Below, piece after piece: positions 8,130-12,449 of a stretch of DNA of 12,449 bases. This DNA is from Oligoflexales bacterium (GTDB taxonomy: Bacteria > Bdellovibrionota_B > Oligoflexia > Oligoflexales > RGVZ01). Position numbers and translations under genes: made by a program. The stretch is taken from NCBI GenBank assembly GCA_044236265.1, contig JBIIGV010000082.1, positions 1 to 12,449 on the forward strand, written 5' to 3'. Every line of letters begins with the position of its first letter. Position 1 is the stretch's first letter. Below the pieces are notes generated by a model, which worked only from the letters and a program-made list of their open reading frames with translations, was not told where the DNA came from and searched no databases.

Positions 8130-8501
8130 TCAGCGAGTTACGTCGCCTGCCGGCTTGCCAGGGAGGGCACTGACACCTTTTATGTCATCGGGAAAGCTAC
8201 TATTGAAGGACCAAGTCTGAACCGTAGCATCTGCATTCCAGTAAAACTTCACCTCTTTTGTGTAGCTTGGACTAAACAGGCGGTACTTATAGTAGCCGTA
8301 AGTCCAGGCCGGGGTTCCGTCGCTTGAGCCGACAAACTGAGGATCGCCCAGTAAAAGCTTCACGTCCGTCTGACGCGTTTTTCCCTTCTTGATCCAATCA
8401 AGCTGCGAATAAAAGTCCCTTCCCTGCGTCACGCAGGACGAAGCCACCAAGAACAAGGTCATGAGATAAACGGGTTTTAAAAATCGATTTACAATGAACA
8501 T
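8130..8501 (-). CDS. SmpA/OmlA (BamE)-domain outer-membrane lipoprotein, 123 aa
   Basis: Lipobox VASS-C, then TQGRDF, IKKGKTRQTDVKLLLGDP and WTYGY, which fit the BamE/SmpA-fold pattern. Start moved to ATG 8501 after AAAGGTGG. True bamE orthology is not established. Confidence 0.75.
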   Translation of the reverse strand: MFIVNRFLKPVYLMTLFLVASSCVTQGRDFYSQLDWIKKGKTRQTDVKLLLGDPQFVGSSDGTPAWTYGYYKYRLFSPSYTKEVKFYWNADATVQTWSFNSSFPDDIKGVSALPGKPAGDVTR

Positions 8502-8552
8502 AGAACCACCTTTCACATCTCAAAAGAGAAAGTCTGATGTGACTGATATTAG

Positions 8553-8585
8553 AAAAAAAAACGCGCCGTCACAAGTGCGGCGCGC
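8553..8585 (-). terminator. Rho-independent terminator after the XRE regulator gene
   Basis: The - strand reads GCGCGCCGCACTTGTGACGGCGCG-TTTTTTTTT: a GC stem followed by U9. Confidence 0.85.
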
Positions 8586-8623
8586 CAAAACTTCGGAGGA
8601 CCTGAAACTTCTAGGGGATACGA

Positions 8624-9508
8624 TCAGCTTGCCAATTCCATAGAGCGGGCATTTGTCTGACCAAGAGTCGACGTTGCCGGAGCTTGACGGATGACTTGCT
8701 GAAGTTGGAATGTCAAAAGGGACTTCGGAATCCAGAACAACGCCGAGAGCTCGCTGACAACGTTACGACGTGAGTCGAGACGCGCCATTTCGTCGAGCAG
8801 CATTGTGCGCGGAGCAAGCAAAGTTGAAACGAAAATCAGTTGCTCATAAGCAGCCAATTTCTCATTTACAGCACCCAACTCAGGGAATCGAGTACGCTCA
8901 GCTTCAAAAATAATACGAGCTAAATCTTTGAGCACACTCATACGAGTCTGAGCCTTAAGATCGCCTTTGCGATAGTTGATCACATAGTGACCTGGCTTTG
9001 TTCTCAACACGCGGCTCAATCGATCAATCATCTCGATCGGCTGCATTTGTACGAACGAGAAGAACCGAATGACTTCAGGAAGGTAAAGAGGAGCTGTTGT
9101 GAATTGGCTCTGGGAGTGAAGCTGAGCAACAAATGTCTCAACGCGCTGACGAGCAGCAACCATAGCTTCCTCACCTGCTTCACGCGCTTTGGTGATTGTT
9201 GCAGTGATAGAGTTGCTTTCGAGGTATTCGAAAAACGCCTCATCCAAACCTGCTGCACCCGATGCCAAGTCATGGATCAAGGATGCCTCAACGTTCAGAG
9301 TCTCAGACAGTTTCGCAAGTGCGAATACACTGCGTACACTTTTCTCACCGCGCTTCCAGTGGCTGCAATCCGATGGATTGAACTCAAGGATGTTACCGAT
9401 CTCCTGATCGTTAACTTTCTTGTTGCCGCGTTGGTGCATCATCACCTTCTGGCAAAATTTGAACAGCTGGATGGAATTCGGGAATTTCACCGTCTCAGAG
9501 CGCTTCAT
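8624..9508 (-). CDS. XRE-type HTH regulator fused to a degenerate ImmA/IrrE (Peptidase M78)-like domain, 294 aa
   Basis: N-terminal NDQEIGNILEFNPSDCSHWKRGEKSV...LAKLSETLNV fits an XRE HTH. The C-terminal half has the IrrE-like layout YVINYR...RMSVLKDLARIIF...EQLIFVSTLLAP...LSALFWIP, but no HExxH. Strong purine-rich SD (AAGGGGGAGAGAGG). Confidence 0.72.
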   Translation of the reverse strand: MKRSETVKFPNSIQLFKFCQKVMMHQRGNKKVNDQEIGNILEFNPSDCSHWKRGEKSVRSVFALAKLSETLNVEASLIHDLASGAAGLDEAFFEYLESNSITATITKAREAGEEAMVAARQRVETFVAQLHSQSQFTTAPLYLPEVIRFFSFVQMQPIEMIDRLSRVLRTKPGHYVINYRKGDLKAQTRMSVLKDLARIIFEAERTRFPELGAVNEKLAAYEQLIFVSTLLAPRTMLLDEMARLDSRRNVVSELSALFWIPKSLLTFQLQQVIRQAPATSTLGQTNARSMELAS

Positions 9509-9600
9509 GGCCTCTCTCCCCCTTGCGATACAGGTGCGCCGATCCTGACAATCTGCGAACGCGGATCAAGTAACTAAATTGAACTCGTTGGTATACTTTA

Positions 9601-9630
9601 AATATATCTGGCAGCTGGTTTTTATGTCAA
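9601..9630 (-). promoter_or_regulatory. Putative sigma70 promoter for the XRE regulator
   Basis: Perfect -35 TTGACA (9630-9625), 18-nt spacer, -10 TATATT (9606-9601). Implies a 5' UTR of about 85 nt. Confidence 0.6.
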
Positions 9631-9869
9631 GAAACCGCCAGGCAAATATCGCCTATTAACGATTTCATGCGGGTTTCAAGGCGCCTCAACCCGTACCCCC
9701 GTTGTGGCACAAGGGCCGCGCCAAGCCAATTCAGATTTTGCCTTAGAGTCCTGATAAAACTCAAAAAACCCGCAATGTTTTCCATTTACGACAAAATTTG
9801 TTACGAATTTCGCCAAGACTTGTAACAAGACACGACGACACTTTATTTTTGCTAAAAAGGCTTTCAAAG

Positions 9870-9900
9870 AAAAAAGCCAGACTGAATTGTCTGACTTTTT
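9870..9900 (-). terminator. Rho-independent terminator after the RDD-like gene (possibly bidirectional)
   Basis: The - strand reads AAAAAGTCAGAC-aattca-GTCTGGCTTTTTT, 50 nt after the stop at 9951. Confidence 0.7.
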
Positions 9901-9950
9901 GTTCAACGTAATTTTTTTCAAGAAGAATTCAGGACACAAATGCATGTGCC

Positions 9951-10388
9951 CTACGAAAATCGTCCTACAAAATAACGAACGATACGTAACGAAAATGCAA
10001 TGAAAATAATTTCTGCGACAACAGCAAAAACTGACTGAGCGGTCAAAAAATCAACCACAATAGCGAGTGATGCAAGCACATCCATTTGTCCAGATTCTCC
10101 GGCCGTCCAAGCTAAAACAGAGACCCAAGCAATCATAAATGCGCTGATGACACCCACAAAAATATCAATACCAGTCGATGCGAGAAAACGAACGGAATGC
10201 ACGTACCACTTCGTTGCAAGTCGCTGTCGAATCTCTGTTTCAACACTGTGCGGAGCATATGCAGCATGCGCTTGACGCATCACTGATGTGTCGATATCTG
10301 TCAACTGAATCTTCGGCGACGGAGTTTTCAATGCACCAAGACCAATACCTTCTGACAATGGACGAATGCGAATGTCGCGTTGTGTCAT
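9951..10388 (-). CDS. Hypothetical membrane protein, 145 aa, resembling a shortened RDD-family protein
   Basis: Start moved to ATG 10388 (GAGG upstream). Soluble N-terminus with RPLSEGIGL, then RFLASTGID followed by 2-3 hydrophobic segments. Confidence 0.6.
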   Translation of the reverse strand: MTQRDIRIRPLSEGIGLGALKTPSPKIQLTDIDTSVMRQAHAAYAPHSVETEIRQRLATKWYVHSVRFLASTGIDIFVGVISAFMIAWVSVLAWTAGESGQMDVLASLAIVVDFLTAQSVFAVVAEIIFIAFSLRIVRYFVGRFS

Positions 10389-10469
10389 GACAAACCTCGA
10401 TTTGAAAAAGAGACGTTCTGAGGTCGATCGTAGCACAGATTTTAGGATTGGCAATGCCTTGAAACAGGC

Positions 10470-10799
10470 TTAGGAAACGCGTGAAATAGAGTCTACAGCT
10501 GCTTTCGTATCGCCAGCCGAGGCAGTCTTTTCGAATAAATCAAGGCTTGCACGCTTGCGCTGCTGTTCCTGATTTTTCTTGTCTTCTTGGCTATTTGCAC
10601 CGGCATCGACCAAGCGCTCGATGGTTTTGATGGCGGCGTCAAATTCAGCTTTCGGCAATCGAAGTAGCTTTCCTTTGAGAGCCTGCACGCGCGTTGACTT
10701 CTGGTCCATCATGCCCAGGTCCATGCAATCGCGCTCAATGGCATCAAAGTAAAACCAGAGGTTTTCCAGGTTGATTCCATTTTTTGGGTCGTTTGACAT
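10470..10799 (-). CDS. Hypothetical cytoplasmic helical protein, about 109 aa
   Basis: The ORF fills the gap in tandem with the neighbouring - strand genes. GAGG lies 5 nt before ATG 10799, although the track start at 10865 is also possible. Charged, helical composition and no family recognised. Confidence 0.6.
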   Translation of the reverse strand: MSNDPKNGINLENLWFYFDAIERDCMDLGMMDQKSTRVQALKGKLLRLPKAEFDAAIKTIERLVDAGANSQEDKKNQEQQRKRASLDLFEKTASAGDTKAAVDSISRVS

Positions 10800-10991
10800 G
10801 ATGCCCTCAGATGATGTCGTGCTCACATCACTTTTGTCGGGCCACTGCGTAAAAACTTTAGTCAAAGTGTATAAGGCCCCAACATCCCATTATTGCAATT
10901 TACGCTTATTTTCATTGCACATTCAGCAGGTTACATATTATCGTGAGGAGACTTTTATTTCCGTGCCTTCATCGCAAATAGGTAAGACTCC

Positions 10992-12440
10992 ATGCGCCAA
11001 ATTTTGATGACAAACACTCTGTCTGGCAAAAAAGAACCGCTGAAACTTTTAAATCCAGCCTCGAATCATGTGGGAATCTACGCCTGTGGCGTCACAGTTT
11101 ACGATGATTGTCATATCGGTCACGCCATGCAGGCAATCTACTTTGACATCGTTCGCGCATATCTTCGCTATTGCGGATACAACGTCACGTACGTGCGTAA
11201 TTACACCGACGTGGATGACAAAATTATTAATCGCGCGAAAGAGCGCGGCATGAGTCCTGCGAAACTTGCAGCTGACATGATTGCCGGCAGCGAACGCGAC
11301 ATGCAAGCGATTGGCGTTCAGCCCGCAGATTTTGAGCCAAAGGTTTCGGAAAACATCCCTGAGATTATCGCCATGATCGAATCTCTCATCAGCAAAGGCT
11401 ACGCATACGCAACATCAACGGGAGATGTTTATTACCGCGTCCGTAAAAAGTCTGACTACGGAAAACTTTCCAACCGCAAACCGGATGAATTGCGTTCCGG
11501 AACACGCGATCTTGTTGCTGGCGACAAAGAAGACGATCTTGATTTCGCTCTATGGAAGCGCGATTCAACTCCTGATGCATCTTGGCAAAGTCCTTGGGGA
11601 CAGGGCCGTCCAGGCTGGCACATTGAATGCTCTGCCATGTCCTGCAAGCATCTCGGAAAAAGCTTTGAAATTCATGGCGGCGGACGTGATCTGGTGTTTC
11701 CGCACCACGAAAACGAGATTGCACAGTCCGAGTCTGCAAATGACGCACCTTATGCGAGCATTTGGATTCATTCAGGATTGCTGACGATAGATCACCAGAA
11801 AATGTCCAAGAGTCTTGGCAATCATATTTCCATTCAGAAGTTTCTTCAGGATTGGCCAGCCGAGGTTTTACGCCTTGGATTTCTCATGAACCACTACTCG
11901 TCAAATATCGACTTTTCGCAGGCGTTTTTTCAAACATGTCACAAAAGACTTCTGTATTACTATGAAGGTCTGGTCGCAATGGATGAGTATTCGGCAGGTG
12001 TAAAATCAAGTGCTGACAAGACGACACTGGATGCATTTCACGCAGCCATGTCTGATGATTTCAACACAGTAGCTGCGATCAGCTCTCTCAACAAATCTTT
12101 CAAGCAAGCTCGCGAAGTCATGGTCACCAAGAAAAATCCCGAAAAACAAGCACAGATTGCAGGCATTGCAACGGCTCTCCGCGAGACAGGACATGTGTTG
12201 GGATTATTTAAAACTGATGCAGCATCGGAAGTTCAAAATATCAAATTGAAACTTCTGCCGTCACTTGGAATCACTGAAGGCGAAATTCAAGCCGCAATCC
12301 TTGAACGCAAAGAGGCTCGCGCTGCAAAAGACTTCGCTCGCGGAGATCGTGTTCGTGATGATATGGCCAGCCGAGGAATCGAACTTCGCGATACACCTCA
12401 CGGCACAGTTTGGAGCATCAAGTTCACGGGAGACGAGTAA
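10992..12440 (+). CDS. cysS: Cysteine--tRNA ligase (482 aa)
   Basis: YACGVTVYDDCHIGH (HIGH), VRNYTDVDDKII, DFALWK, SPWGQGRPGWHIECSAM, IHGGGRDLVFPHHENE, KMSKSLGN, MSDDFNT, and the C-terminal RKEARAAKDF...D..R motif. Confidence 0.99.
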   Translation: MRQILMTNTLSGKKEPLKLLNPASNHVGIYACGVTVYDDCHIGHAMQAIYFDIVRAYLRYCGYNVTYVRNYTDVDDKIINRAKERGMSPAKLAADMIAGSERDMQAIGVQPADFEPKVSENIPEIIAMIESLISKGYAYATSTGDVYYRVRKKSDYGKLSNRKPDELRSGTRDLVAGDKEDDLDFALWKRDSTPDASWQSPWGQGRPGWHIECSAMSCKHLGKSFEIHGGGRDLVFPHHENEIAQSESANDAPYASIWIHSGLLTIDHQKMSKSLGNHISIQKFLQDWPAEVLRLGFLMNHYSSNIDFSQAFFQTCHKRLLYYYEGLVAMDEYSAGVKSSADKTTLDAFHAAMSDDFNTVAAISSLNKSFKQAREVMVTKKNPEKQAQIAGIATALRETGHVLGLFKTDAASEVQNIKLKLLPSLGITEGEIQAAILERKEARAAKDFARGDRVRDDMASRGIELRDTPHGTVWSIKFTGDE

Positions 12441-12449
12441 GTGCAAAGC

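Noticed and set aside
8987..9577. 196-aa + strand ORF antisense to the XRE regulator
   Set aside because: Antisense shadow of a well-supported gene, with no recognisable motif or convincing start signal.
9509..9594. 5' UTR of the regulator with GATCC...GGATC pairing, considered as a riboswitch
   Set aside because: Only short stems, and no recognisable aptamer consensus or terminator.
9676..9945. 89-aa - strand ORF in the intergenic region
   Set aside because: It runs through a terminator hairpin, lacks a clear SD, and has the F/K-rich composition typical of AT-rich non-coding DNA.
10861..10945. Divergent promoter candidates (TTGCAA, TTGCAC) between the hypothetical gene and cysS
   Set aside because: Spacing to the nearest -10-like hexamers is 15 or at least 19 nt, so they cannot be assigned.
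531..12446. Remaining short alternative-frame and antisense ORFs in the track
   Set aside because: They lie within or largely overlap well-supported genes and show no motifs.
12441..12449. Possible GTG start of a next gene right after the cysS stop (GGGAG upstream)
   Set aside because: Only three codons are visible before the window ends.
1..12449. CRISPR arrays, IS elements, prophage genes, tRNA/rRNA, tandem repeats
   Set aside because: No repeat-spacer pattern, transposase/integrase motif or structural RNA consensus was seen by eye.

Overview
Bacterial chromosomal window with no mobile element, CRISPR array, tRNA or rRNA recognised. The gene content resembles Bdellovibrionota/Oligoflexia (inference). 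On the + strand are the 3' end of a class I/II PLP aminotransferase, then pheS-pheT, which is coupled by ATGA overlaps to a secreted parvulin PPIase and a small beta-barrel-like outer-membrane protein. A convergent - strand block of six genes follows: two hypotheticals (one RDD-like membrane protein), an XRE-HTH regulator fused to an apparently catalytically dead ImmA/IrrE-like domain, a BamE/SmpA-like lipoprotein, a VWA (MIDAS) lipoprotein and a GP42/TGase-elicitor-family transglutaminase-like lipoprotein with an altered catalytic motif. cysS is transcribed divergently at the right end. Several ORF-track starts were moved to downstream ATGs with Shine-Dalgarno sites. The best leads are the transglutaminase-like/VWA/BamE lipoprotein cluster, the pseudo-peptidase regulator and two structured non-coding regions. 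All family assignments come from motif recognition by eye, not from database searches.
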